A stretch of 64,000 bases of DNA, from assembly GCF_009834535.1 (NCBI RefSeq), contig NC_045697.1, positions 84,384,001 to 84,448,000 on the forward strand. The letters are read 5' to 3'. This document shows, piece by piece, positions 1 through 11,644 of this stretch. The notes below the pieces were generated by a model. The model was not told where the DNA came from and ran no database searches. It saw only the letters and a list, made by a program, of their open reading frames with translations. Numbering within the stretch: position 1 is the first letter of the stretch; the number at the start of each line of letters is the position of its first letter. The stretch is from Camelus ferus (taxonomy: Eukaryota). The position numbers and the translations under genes are program-made.

Positions 1-1671
1 TAGGGTTCACAGGTGTCTCTTCTTTCTCTCGCTGCTGCCGGCAGAAGCACACTTCCTTGCTGCTTCCTCTGGCTGCTGGTGGAGCTTTATAGGCCTCATT
101 CCATGAGTGGAACCTTAACAGATCTAGGCTTCCCCTGGGAGCTTAGTTTCACCTCCCTGCCCCCACTGTACCAGCAGAGGGGGCTCATCACCTCTACCTG
201 CAGATGTTACCTGAATCTCACATCTCTGCAGCCCATCTGGCCTTTGGTCACTCACATTGCTTCCCCCGGATTCCCCTCTTTGCTTCTGACACCTGAGGTT
301 TTCCCTTTCTTGAGATCATCTGTAATTTTTAAAATTGCTTTTGGTGAAATTTTATCTCCTACTTGTTTGCAGAATGGACTGTGGGTGGTCTTCCGCATCT
401 GTTCAGTCTGGCAGACTAACCAGGAATCTTGTTCACAGGCTTCAAAACCTACGTTGTACCCCTTGAACACCAGCTCTTCACTATATTTAATTTTCCCCCT
501 GAACTATTAGAGCAAGACATTAATCATTAGGCAGCTTTATGGAATGAGGACTTCCAACAATGAATTTTTCATCCTTTCTGGTAACCAATTATTTCTCACT
601 AATAATTTTCTAGATTTAGATATTAGAGGTTAATTTGCTTAAGGGATGAATAAGTAAATATAATTAATAGATTAAAAAAAAAAAAAAACGCAAGTTCTTT
701 CAAGAGACTATTAGGCCAGGAACATATATCTAATACATACATGGGCCTCCATCCCCAGGTGGAAGACATTTTTTTAAAAAGCACTGATGAAAATAACAGC
801 TAAAAATCAGAGAAAAGGTATAACATTTGTCCAAGGTCAAATAAGACAATAAAAGATAAAAAGACCTTGATTCTCTGCATTTCAAGGATCCTAAGCAAAA
901 TCAGCACCCTCTGCCCTCCTTGTGTTGATACAAAGCCTTCCCTTCTACCATCTATTGCTCCTTTAAACAAATTAATTCACTTTCTTCAAGCCAAGGAACT
1001 GCTCACCATAGGTTTTTAAATGTCAGTTTTAAAAGACAGCTTTTATGGCAAGTGTATGTCAGACCTCTGAGAGACAAAGCCCCTGAAAATGCCAGCTTCC
1101 GTATCAGAAAGCCCAGTCACTTCTGCCTACCTGCTGCCTACCTGCAGTATCCTCAAACACCTAAACTTCATGCTATTTTTTTTTTAAGCACAAAGAAGCT
1201 TCTTTTCTATTGCACTGGCACTTTTCACAGCATAAATGAATACTGTATCCTCACAGGGTCAAGTGTTCTTTCAGGAATGCAAAGGGCAAGATTTGACTCT
1301 CAATGGGTGAGCAGTGAGGAATGTGACAGCTGGTTGCTTCAGGGCCAAGTGATCATCGCCACAGTGAGCAATTTCTTCTTTAATCAGCAGCTGCCCCAGA
1401 CCCTCACCGAGGCCATACATCAGTCCCAATACATTTCCCACTCAGGGCTCCAGGGGATGCTCAGCATGGAGGCTAAAAGCACAGGAGAAAAGGAACAGGC
1501 TCAACAATTCTTAGTTACCCGTCTCTCCCACCCGCAGAATGTCTCTATCATAATCAGACCACATATAACCTGAGCCCAAAGCTTTACTTCACCAAGAAGA
1601 CGGGAATTTAACATAGACAGAAGCCAGTGGAGAATTCTCTCCAGTGCTCTTTCAAGCTTTCCTTGACTTGA

Positions 1672-1820
1672 TCATTCATTCAGTAACAAATACTTTATTC
1701 AACACATAATTAATGAGTGCCTATTATGTACCAGTCACTGTTCTAGACGATGAAGATGACAGGTAGAGAGTAAGATAGATACAAATCCCTGTCCTCATGG
1801 GGCTGACATTCTAGTCAGAA
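1672..1820 (-). mobile_element. LINE-2 3' tail
   Basis: tcattcattca...aatgagtgcctattatgtaccag...aaatccctgtcctcatggggctgacattctag. Confidence 0.75.
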
Positions 1821-1969
1821 TGTAACACATGGAAGGGAATCCCATCCCCGTCATCTTGCCCACCCATGTTTTACAGACAAAATGAAACTGCGACGGTTGA
1901 CATGACCAAACAAGGCTTTTTCACTTCTCTTCCAAATCCTAGCAATCAGCAAATTATGGTCATATTCCA

Positions 1970-2466
1970 TGTAGTAGGCAAAATAATGGCCTCCAAAGAT
2001 GTCCTCATCCTAATCCCTGGAGCCAGTGAATGTGCTGCCTTAAATGACAAAGGGGACTTTGCAGATGTGAGAGTTAAGAATCTGGAGATAGGGAGATAAT
2101 CTGAATCATCTGGGGAGAAAAGGAACAGGCGCAACAAAGTAATCACAAGAATCCTTCTGATGGAAAATGGGAGGCAGGAGAGTCAGAGTCGGAGATTTTA
2201 AGATTCAGCTGCAGGTTTTGAAGATGAGGAAGGGGCCACAAGCCAAGCAATGTGGGCAGCCCGTGGACGCAGGAAAAGGCAAGACAATAGATTCTTCCCT
2301 AGAGAGTCCACATAGCAACACAGCCCTGCTGACACTCTGTGTTTGCCCAGTGAGAACTATTTTGGACTTGGACCTCCAAAACTGAGGATAATACACATGT
2401 GTTGTTTTAAGCCACTAAATTTCTGCTAGGTTTTTTTTTTTTTTGCAGCAATAAGAAATTAATACA
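1970..2466 (+). mobile_element. MLT1C/D-type MaLR solo LTR with perfect 5-bp TSD
   Basis: TGTAGTAGGCAAAATAATGGCCTCCAAAGATGTCC...AATACA; TTCCA at 1965-1969 and 2467-2471. Confidence 0.88.
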
Positions 2467-3409
2467 TTCCATTAGAATTACTCTCACATGCTCCTATTCC
2501 TTCTTCACTCTCACCCAATACTGTATTTTGTGTTTCACCATCTAAATCCTCACTTTCTTTGAAAGCCCTGACATCTCACGGTTGTTTTCTCAACTTCAGT
2601 CCATCTTTGACACTAATGCCAAATTTATCTTCTGGGAACACTGTTTTGCACATACAAATTATCTTATTACTCCAATGAGCAATGGTTCATCCATCGGTCT
2701 ATAGGACAAAAACTGAAGACTCTGATTCCAAACACTCTGCTTGAACTAAAATCACTCACATGCATCTTTGAATGAGAATGCTACAATGACCACTGTTCAC
2801 ATCACTCCCTGAAATATTGCCTTCCACTTTTTCCACTGAGGCTGAGTCTCCAAAAAGCTTCCCTTCAAACGCCTCTGAAATCCTGTGTGGCCGTTGTGTG
2901 TGCTATACATCTGATACACTCATCTTTACCCTCATTTTCTCTACTCACATCCTAAATCTGCAATAAGATTGTTTTTCTAAGGACACGATTTATAGCTTAT
3001 GCTTTATGGAAACATCAGTATTTTGCATTGTTCTGAATATACTCAATACTTGATATTTGTTGTTGATGATCATGGGAAAAGTATCAGAGGGATTAGATTT
3101 GTTTAGGGTGATGTACTTACTGGATGATTCACATTTGAATAATAGTTAGTACTATCTGCACATTTTTTTCTCCGCCCTTTGCTTGGTATTAAGAGATCTG
3201 CCCACATCCAAGAACTTCCATGTGGCAGTAAGAAGTTTATACTCTTAATAAGCCTTTTGTTATGGAGTTGAAGCTTACAGCCTAAAAGGTCTTTGGGGGA
3301 GTGGGAAAGAAAAGCTTGAGGTTGTGAGTTTTAATTTTAAAAATACAGAAAATCAGAGAATGAGATGCTAAACATCCATGTCCTTGTCACGAAGAAGAGT
3401 AGTGGTAAA

Positions 3410-3570
3410 GTGGGGCTTGCTAAATAAAACACACCTGGCTGGATCCCACCCCCAGAGTTTCAGATTCAGAGAGCTGGGTGGGAGCCTGAGAATCTGTTTT
3501 ACTAAAAGTTCTCAGGTAATGCCAAATGCTGCTGATTTAGGGACAAAAAACACTTTGAGAGCCATTGACA
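3410..3570. mobile_element. MER5A-like hAT-Charlie MITE
   Basis: cccacccccagagtttcagattcag...gggagcctgagaatctg...caggtaatgccaaatgctgctg...cactttgagagccattg. Confidence 0.78.
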
Positions 3571-3689
3571 TAGAACTACTAAGTGTTAATACTTGGCAAT
3601 GTTTCCTCTTTTTTAAAGTTAAATTAAGATAACATTAAATTGGACTTTCCCCTTCCCAGTCCCATTGTATTTCATGCCAAATTTTACTT

Positions 3690-4050
3690 GTTTGATCCCC
3701 AAATGTTTAGGTGATCTGTAATTTTTTTGCTATTATAAACAATCTACAATGAACATCTCTGTATAGGTCTCCTTGTGCACATGTGTAAGAGCTTATGTGA
3801 TGAAATCTTCAAAGGACTACAGGAATTTACACCTTTATCAGCAATGTATAAAAGCTCTTGTAAACCTCACATCCTAACCAGCTTTTTAATCTTTGTCAAT
3901 CTGTTAGGTATAAACATGTATCTCACAGTTGCCTTAACTTGCATTTTCCTGATTACAAGAGAGAATGAACAGCTTTTTAGTTATTATTGGCTATGCTGGT
4001 ATTCCTCTTCTGTGTTGCTTCTGCGTATCTTTGCCAATTTTGACCTTTTT
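3690..4050 (-). mobile_element. Degraded L1M fragment
   Basis: Reverse L1 motifs (ttttttgctattataaacaat...atgaacatc; ttaacttgcattttcctgattac). Confidence 0.6.
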
Positions 4051-4479
4051 ATTGTCAATAATGAATTTGAGCATCTAGTTTTGGTACTTCTTTAAATGAC
4101 TGGTAAGACTGACTCGACTTGGTTGTGATCCTAAATTTCATCCATTTGTACAGACAAGCATTTTGCCACACCTATTTCTCTCAAGGGTATGTTTATGGAT
4201 CTTTCAGAAGTGGGAGGCAAGATAAGTATGAATAAGGAGAAGTGATGCTTTTAGGTTAGTCTTACAGCCTGGGTGGCTGCAAAGTGGCAGCCAAGGTGAA
4301 GAGAAGAAGCTTCTAGGATGTTGCAAGATATAAATAGCAGTGCCCCGAAGATAACTGGCACCAGAAATATATAATCAATGGCCAGTATCTCTAATATAGT
4401 TAATAAATCCATTCCTATACCAAAAAAAGAGAAGAAGAACTCATAATGCTAAAAAGCTTGCCATTTAAAAAAAGGGAGG

Positions 4480-4670
4480 GCCTGCAACGTGATAGGCACT
4501 TTATCTGTTAGTCGATCTAACTTTTGCCACAACCCTTTCAGGTAGACATTATCATTCCCATTTTATCACAAGGGCAGCTGATGTTCAGAAAAGCTAAATA
4601 GGTAGTCTGAGAATGTGCAGACGCAGATGCTCTCCAGCTCTGATCCCAAAGGCTCCGTTTTCCCCTACTA
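4480..4670 (-). mobile_element. MIR SINE fragment
   Basis: cacaaccctttcaggtagacattatcattcccatttta. Confidence 0.55.
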
Positions 4671-5019
4671 CTCCCCTTCAGGGGAAAGCGAAACCGGCAC
4701 CACTATAAAATACAGGTTCTTAAGCACTCTTGTTTTAAACTAGAGGAATCATGAAGACCGGCGGTTGTCCAGTACATCCAGCACTGTCTTCAGACCCCAT
4801 CTGCTTGTCTTGTTAAAGTGTGCTTTCATGAAAGGGAATGGAACTGTTTCAAAACTATAACTTTAAGAAACAAAGACAAATCCAGAGTGGCTGTGAAAAG
4901 TTCTGTTTTCTTGGACTTTGATTATAAATCTTACGACATGTTTTCATACTCAAGAACTACTTATGTAACATGAGAAGCCTTATGTTTCAGGGGAAAATAG
5001 ATAACAATGCAGTTTCAAA

Positions 5020-5240
5020 ATTAAGCAGTTTATTCAAGAAAAAGCAGAATTAACCTATGGTGACAGAAACCAGAACCGTGTTGCCCACAGGTTGTGGGCA
5101 CTGACAGAGGCGATGAAAGTGTTTTCTATCTTGATTAGGGTGTGAGTTACACTGATGCATAATTTGTAAACTCATCAAGTTGTACATGAAGATCTGTGTA
5201 TTTCACTGAATGTAAACTTTAACCTGGTTTTCAAAAAGTA
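5020..5240 (+). mobile_element. L1ME-like 3'UTR fragment
   Basis: aattaacctatggtgacagaaaccagaac...atttgtaaactcatcaagttgtacat...tgtatttcactgaatgtaaa. Confidence 0.6.
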
Positions 5241-5541
5241 ATATTTAATTGGCTGAAAAGTAAATTCATAAAAGCTGATGATATCTGAAAGTGGTTGTTC
5301 ACATGCTGAGTTTGCAGCTGTCCTAGTAACAGGGAAGCAGACTAAGGTCCTGACCGTCTGCCTTGTGCTCACAGGCAGGACGGATGTTCCCTGGCTCAGG
5401 CCAGGACAAGTCCGCTTCTGGGGGTCAGTAGCTGTCCTGTCCTGGGAACATCCAGTGGGGCTGGTGCCAACCTGAGACTGGATTTCTTCCACACAAGGGG
5501 ATGCTGGGCATAATTCTTAATCCTAGCATTTAATCTTATCC

Positions 5542-5546
<5 letters not shown>

Positions 5547-5590
<44 letters not shown>
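5547..5590 (+). repeat. (CA)22 perfect microsatellite
   Basis: 44 nt of uninterrupted CA. Confidence 0.97.
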
Positions 5591-5594
<4 letters not shown>

Positions 5595-7234
5595 AGAAGA
5601 AAAGAAAAAAAATCTTCCCTGCTAAATACCAAGCTCTCTGCCATACCAGATTTTAAGCAATGAGGTGACCTTAAACCTAGACCATAGGGACCTGCTGCCT
5701 TCTTCTTAGACCTTTCTGTCCCTTGGGTTATGGAGATTCAGGCCTGAGACAGAGCAGCACATAACATTGTGAGCAGTCTCCTTCCATGCCCTTTAAAAAC
5801 TGCAGAGACACAAAGGTTACATAGCAGAAGAGGGCCTGCTGTCTTTCCCATGGCAGGCTATGCTCAGCGTTTACTGCTGTTATTTAACTTTCCATTCCTC
5901 CCTTTGTCTGGCCTTGCAACATTCCAAAGGGAGGAGACAAACGTTTCCTAAACCTCCACTAGGTGATGAGCTCTGGGGGGGGCACTGTCACATTCCTTGT
6001 CTCATTACAACAGTCAAGCCCCCTGTGTGTTTGTACTTCATGTTGAAACATCACAGGCAAATCACCGAAGGCACACAGAGGTAAAGAAAGTTGCTCAAGG
6101 AACCACTCATCTTAAGCCAGTACTCAAGACCAAGTCGTTTTTGCTACAGTTGAAACTCTTTCAAACTCTCTCTGCCTAATTGGGGAAAAGTCCAAAATAA
6201 CAATTAAAAATTTGTGTACTCAATATCTATTGTACACACTATACTTTGTATTAGAATAATCCTATCACTGTTTGTGCCCACCTTTACATGTGACATTGCC
6301 AAAAATGACTTCAGAGCCTTGGATCTATTTAATAACTAAGATTTATTTTCAGGGTGGTGTACTGCATTCTGCCAGGTGCTGGCCTGCAAAGCACAGGCTT
6401 ACCCTGGACACTGCTGTTGGATTTGGACTCTATTAAAACCAGGATGGAACGTGTTCCAGTGCTGTCTGCACTTACAACAGGTCCATGTTTCTACAGCCCG
6501 GCCAGATACTATGCTAGTAAAGCTTCCTGATAATTACAGGGTAGAGGGGTGTCCCCATGATGTGGACCTAATACAAACAGCAGAGAAAAAACACAGCCAA
6601 AGTGGCACAGAGTAAGTTTGGATCAAAACACCAACAGGCTGAATCTCATTTACAAATTAAAGTTGGTATCAAAGGTTGACAGAATACCTTCTTATTAACA
6701 GGAGTTGAACTAAGTGTTCAGATCACCACTCTTGCCTCTACTGGTCCATCTAACTGCATCAGCACCACAAGAAGCTGGATACCCACAGTATTTAGCTTAA
6801 GAGATCCAGGGGAAAAAATGTGTGTGTGTGTTTATAATTCTTTTATATTCAACAAATCCTTCACACAGAGAATATAGCCTATAATAATATTTTATCTCTA
6901 AGTTTAGTTTTTTCTCCAAATGGAAAATAAGCCTGAAAAGGTAGGAAAGCTCAGTTGCAGACAGACACCTGTCTAGATGTAGGTGTCACCGGCACAAAGA
7001 GACATGCCCTCCTCTACACAGCTGTGCCTGCTCGTATACAAAGTAATTAATTTGGAATCATTGCTTGCAACTCTAGATTTTATTATTATTCCAGTTCATA
7101 ATCTGCATTTTCAAAAAGCTAAAATAGTAAAAGAGTTGGTTGGTGTCTTTTCAGGTACAGTCATTAATAAAGATGAAAGATGGTAATTATTATTTGATGG
7201 TGAGAAAAATGCAACCTTAGAATAAGATGATGTG

Positions 7235-7340
7235 GATCTGAACTCCAGCTCTGCCACTTAATAGAGATGTAATGTTGGGAAATTTCCTTAACTTGACCAA
7301 GTCCATATTTCCTCATCCAAAAGGGGGATGATAATATCAA
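7235..7340 (+). mobile_element. MIR SINE fragment
   Basis: ccagctctgccacttaat...ttgggaaatttccttaac...tttcctcatc. Confidence 0.65.
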
Positions 7341-7548
7341 CAAAAACAGTTATTACTGATCTCCAAGTGTCAGCAGGAAGATCCTAATCCTACTGTCATT
7401 GACCAGGTAGCCTTGATTATATTTCTATTTGAGATCCCTTCATTTGTTAATCTATTTTGGTCACCATGCTTTGCTATGGCAAAGAAACACTTCTGAAAAA
7501 AGAAGTTCTTAGGTAAACTAGATTACTGCACATCATAGATGCAGTTTA

Positions 7549-7678
7549 TTTATTTATTTGTTTGTTTCTTGGGGGGAGGTAATTAGATTTCTTTACTTTA
7601 ATAGAGGTACTGGGGATTGAACCCAGGACCTCGTGCATGCTAAGCATGCACTCTACCACTGAGCTATACCCTTTCCCC
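7549..7678 (-). mobile_element. vic-1-type (camelid) tRNA-Ala-derived SINE, full length, with 15-bp TSD
   Basis: Minus strand GGGGAAAGGGTATAGCTCAGTGGTAGAGTGCATGCTTAGCATGCACGAGGTCCTGGGTTCAATCCCCAGTACCTC (A box, B box, AGC anticodon-like stem), then an A-rich tail. Perfect direct repeat CATAGATGCAGTTTA at 7534-7548 and 7679-7693. Confidence 0.9.
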
Positions 7679-7734
7679 CATAGATGCAGTTTAAATGTCA
7701 CCTCCTTTGTGAAGCATTCTTGCCTCACCTTGCT

Positions 7735-9420
7735 CTCACAGAGCTTACATCTAAGGAGGGGAAACAGAAATAAACTGGTAAATTAATACAGTATATCAAA
7801 TGGTGATTAAGTACTTAAGTGTTATGGGGAAAACATAGCACAGATGGACGTAATGGCTGATATTTAACGAGGATAGCCAAAGAAAGTCTTCCTGAGATGC
7901 CATTTGAGTAAAAGCCTAAAGAAGATGAGAGAGTGAGCCCTGTGGATAACTAGGAGAAGAGACTTCCAAGACAGCGGAAACAGCAAGTACAAAGGCCTGG
8001 GGGTTGAAGCTTACCTGATTTGTTGAGAAACAGCAAAGCAAGACTGCCAGTGTGCTGGAGGACTAGCTGAGGGGTGGAGAGATAACAGAAGGTGGGATCA
8101 GAGGGGCATCAGGACCCTTCTTACAGAGTTCAGTGTAAATCTACTGGAGGGCTTTGAACAGGGGAGGGATGAGATCTAGCATGTTTTATAAAATTTGTAT
8201 TGAGAATAGACTGTAGGGAGTTAAAGGCTAGAAGCAGGGATGCTGGTTAGGAGGCTACTCTAATAGTTCAGGCGCTTCATATTGATGGTTTGAACCAGGG
8301 CAGTAGAAGTGCAGGTGGAGGGCAGTGATTGAGGGGGGAAAGCCAACAGTGTTTGCTGATGAACTGGGTGTCTCCTGAGGGAAAGAGAAAGAAGGGACAG
8401 ATGGCTTCAAGAAATTTCGCCTGAATAGCTGGGATGATAGAGACATTGTTAACTGCGGTGGAGATGAGCACGGAGCAGGTTTGGTGGGAAGGAAGCTCGG
8501 GAGTGACGTTTTAGAGATATTAAGTTCAAGATGCCTGTTAGACAGATACAGGTAGAGAAGTCAAGTAAGCTGTTGAATGTGAGTTCACATTGAAGAAATG
8601 GTACAACTGCAAGGTAAGTCTGATCAGCACATAAGTGGTATTTAAAGCCAACGGGAGTAAATTAAATCGCAAAAGGAGCAAGTGTAGTCAGAGCAGAGGG
8701 TCCAGGGCTGAGCCACTGAGCATTGTTGTGATGAGCAGGAACAAGTGAAGGAAACAGAGAGACAGGAGGAAAAGTGGGGAGTGTGTAGTCTGGAAAGCAA
8801 GTGAAGACAGTCTGTCCTGGGGGAATGAGTGATCACTCACAATGTCACATGCTGCTGACAGGCCAGGTGAGATGAGAACTGAGAAACAATCACCAGCTCT
8901 TGCCCTAAGGAAGCCATGGACCCTGCCAAGAGTGGTTTCCATAGCGTGGGGAGGATGAAGGCTTGGTAGAGTATGTTCAAGAGAGAATGGAAGGGAATGA
9001 AAATGGCCAATGTGGACAACTGTCTCAAAGAGGTTAGCTCTAATGGTGGTCAGAGAAAAGGGTGGTCTCTGAAAGGAGATGTGTAGTCCAATGAGTGTTT
9101 GCTTTTGTTTTTAAGATGGGAGCAATGACAGTGTGTTTGTACGCTGATAAACCATTTTGGTAGAGGAGAATTCTGGTGATTCTGGACACTGAGGGGAGAT
9201 CTGCCCAGCAGTGTCTTTGGGCAGATGGGATGGGATGAGATCTGGTGCACAACTGCGAGATGGACTTTCGCTACTTCACACATGGTTCAAGTAAAAGGAG
9301 AACCAGAGGATGTAAACTCAGGGGGAAAGAGACTGGGGAACTTCTCCTGTGAGAGCAGTCCTCTCATTGCTTTCCTATTCACTGAAGCAGTAAGCAAGGC
9401 CACCAGCTGAAAGTGGGGAT
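7735..9420 (-). mobile_element. LINE-2 (L2a-like) long fragment
   Basis: Purine-rich plus strand with L2 hallmarks (gagcttacatctaag; gggctttgaacagggg; aagttcaagatgcctgttagaca; gtggtatttaaagcca). It explains several spurious ORFs in 8255-9283. Confidence 0.85.
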
Positions 9421-10328
9421 GGGAAGGCAGCGCTGAGGCTTGGGGAGAGAGGAGAAGGTAACAGCCAGCAAAACAACACCCCCCAAAAAGAGTGACTTGT
9501 TTTGATCCCCACAAACCAATTCCCTCTGTTGCATGTTTTATTTTAGGGAATATTTTCCCCCATTACGTCTATCTAAAAAACCTAGAAATTATTCTAGATT
9601 CTTCCTTCTACTTAACCGTCCATCAAATCAACCCCTCAGCCTCCCAAAGAGAAGTGTAACACTTCTTCCACTCTTCTTGTTCCTTCCACCCCAACCTGGT
9701 CCAGATGATGCAAAAGCCTCCACACCAACTTCCCAGCTTCCAGACACAGGACTTTCTCTGGGTATGAACAAATATGGAAATCAAAATCTCTCAAGTGTTA
9801 AATTATGTGTCTCTGGTTTAAAGATTAAACAAAGAAAACTGTTCCTCCTCAACGCTGTGGCCACACAGATCTTTAAAAGATAGCAAATGTTTCCTGGCTT
9901 AAAAAAAAATCCAACACCTCTTTGTGTGGCAGTTAGAGGACTCTGCACGATCTGACCTCAGCCTGCCTGCACAGCCTCATCTCCAGTTTATACTCAAACA
10001 CTGTGCTAAAGTACTAGACACATTCCCTCCACTCTGAATCCATGAGGGAGGCAGAAAACAACGGTGCAGAGAGATAAGAAGGATGCACCAGGGAACATTC
10101 CCCGTGAACATGAAGAAGCAAAGGAGTTAAGTTACATTCAAACAGTGAAGTCAGGTAGACCTGCACTAGTGACATAATGCTGTAATGTTTAATACCTCAG
10201 TCACTTGCCACAGCTCAGACAGCAGGCATCTTCCCCCTTTCCCCCTCAGCCTTCTTCTTTTAACTCTACTTCCTTTATTGATTCATGCCAATCTGGCAGA
10301 ACATACACACCAACTTGCTACCTTTTTT

Positions 10329-10838
10329 AAAATTGAAATATAGTTGGTTTACAGTGTTGTGTTAATTTTTAGTGTACAGCATAGTAATTCAGTTACACAT
10401 ATATATATTCCTTTTCATATTCTTTTTCATTATAGGCTATAATAAGGTATTGAATATAGTTTCTTGCTGCTTATTTTACATATAGTAGTTAGTATCTACA
10501 AATCTTGGATTCCCAGTTTATCCTTCCATACCCAGTCCTTCCCCCACTGGTAACCGTAAGTTTGTTTTCTATGTCTATGAGTCTGTTTCTATTTTGTAAA
10601 TAAGTTCATTTGTGGCATTTTTTTAGATTCCACCTATACATGATATCATATGGTATTTTTCTTTCTCTTTCTGGCTTACTTCACTTAGTATGACAATCTC
10701 CAGGTCCATCCATGTTGCTGCAAATGGCATTATTTCATTCTTTTTTATGGCTGAGGAGTATTCCATTGTATAAATATACCACATCTTCTTCATCCAGTCA
10801 TCTGTCAATGGACATTTAGGTTGTTGCTTCCATGTCTT
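10329..10838 (-). mobile_element. 5'-truncated LINE-1 (ORF2 C-terminus + 3'UTR), cetartiodactyl type
   Basis: ORF 10623-10808 encodes [52 protein letters not shown], the L1 ORF2p C-terminus, followed by a typical 3'UTR. Degenerate TSD ttgctacctttt (10315) / ttgccacttttt (10839). Confidence 0.93.
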
Positions 10839-11027
10839 TTGCCACTTTTTTTTTTTTTTAACCTAGTCTATGTTACCTCTGGTAGTTTCCATTATTTTTT
10901 AATACATGCAAGGTTGAGAAACAATTATTTTTAAGATATTATTTTAATTAACAAGCAGATGTCCTCTTTTATCATCTGGCCAGCTTTAAGGAAAGAGAAT
11001 AAAGCCTCAAAATCTCCTTAGTACTTC

Positions 11028-11514
11028 TGGTGGCTTCACAGTATCTCCACCACACATTCTCTGATGCTCTTCTCTTCAAGAGGTGGAGCCTAATTCCTCT
11101 ACCCCTGGGTCTGGGCTGGACTTGATGCCTGGCTTCTAAAGAACAGATGCAATGAAGCAAAGGTGAACAAGTCTGGAGATTTGGTCACACAAGGTGCTTC
11201 GCTTCCCCCTTGCTTGCCTTCTGCCACGTGGTGAGGACCTGGGGTGACATATGTAGACACCCCCATGCAAGGAACTGAGGCCTCCTGCCAACAGCCATGC
11301 AGGTGAGCCCTCTGGGAAGTGCACAGTCAAGTATGAGTCGGGCACCCCTGCCCATCTCCTGAGGGCAGCCTCCTTCAGGGAACCCAAGCCAGAACCAGCT
11401 GGCTGGCTAGGCTGCTCTGGCACTCCTGAACCACAGACACTGAGATAATAAATGCTGTTGTTCAAAATCACTGTGCTTAGGGTAATCTGCTATGCTGCCA
11501 GAGACCACGGATAT
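11028..11514 (+). mobile_element. MLT1F-like MaLR LTR
   Basis: caagaggtggagcctaattcctct...ggaactgaggcctcctgccaacagcca...cctgaaccacagacactgagataataaatg...gggtaatctgctatgc. Confidence 0.72.
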
Positions 11515-11612
11515 TGTACGCACGATCATCAAATAATTTGTAATAATCAAATGGATCTGGAATTCTAAATCCAGGTCATTTTCACTTTATTTCACTGCTA
11601 CCAAGTGATGCA

Positions 11613-11614
<2 letters not shown>

Positions 11615-11643
<29 letters not shown>

Positions 11644-11644
11644 C
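11615..11644 (+). repeat. (AAAAC)n microsatellite
   Basis: About six AAAAC units. Confidence 0.9.

Noticed and set aside
13..510. 165-aa (+) and 72-aa (-) ORFs
   Set aside because: Non-ATG starts, no recognisable homology, and no convincing acceptor for a cryptic exon despite an AAT|GTGAGT donor-like site near 255.
1052..1573. 173-aa ORF
   Set aside because: GTG start, antisense in an intron, no recognisable domain.
7604..7678. tRNA-Ala(AGC) gene
   Set aside because: Followed by a SINE body and A-rich tail and flanked by a 15-bp TSD; it is a SINE head, not a tRNA gene.
8255..9283. Cluster of minus-strand ORFs
   Set aside because: Fragments of a decayed L2 element.
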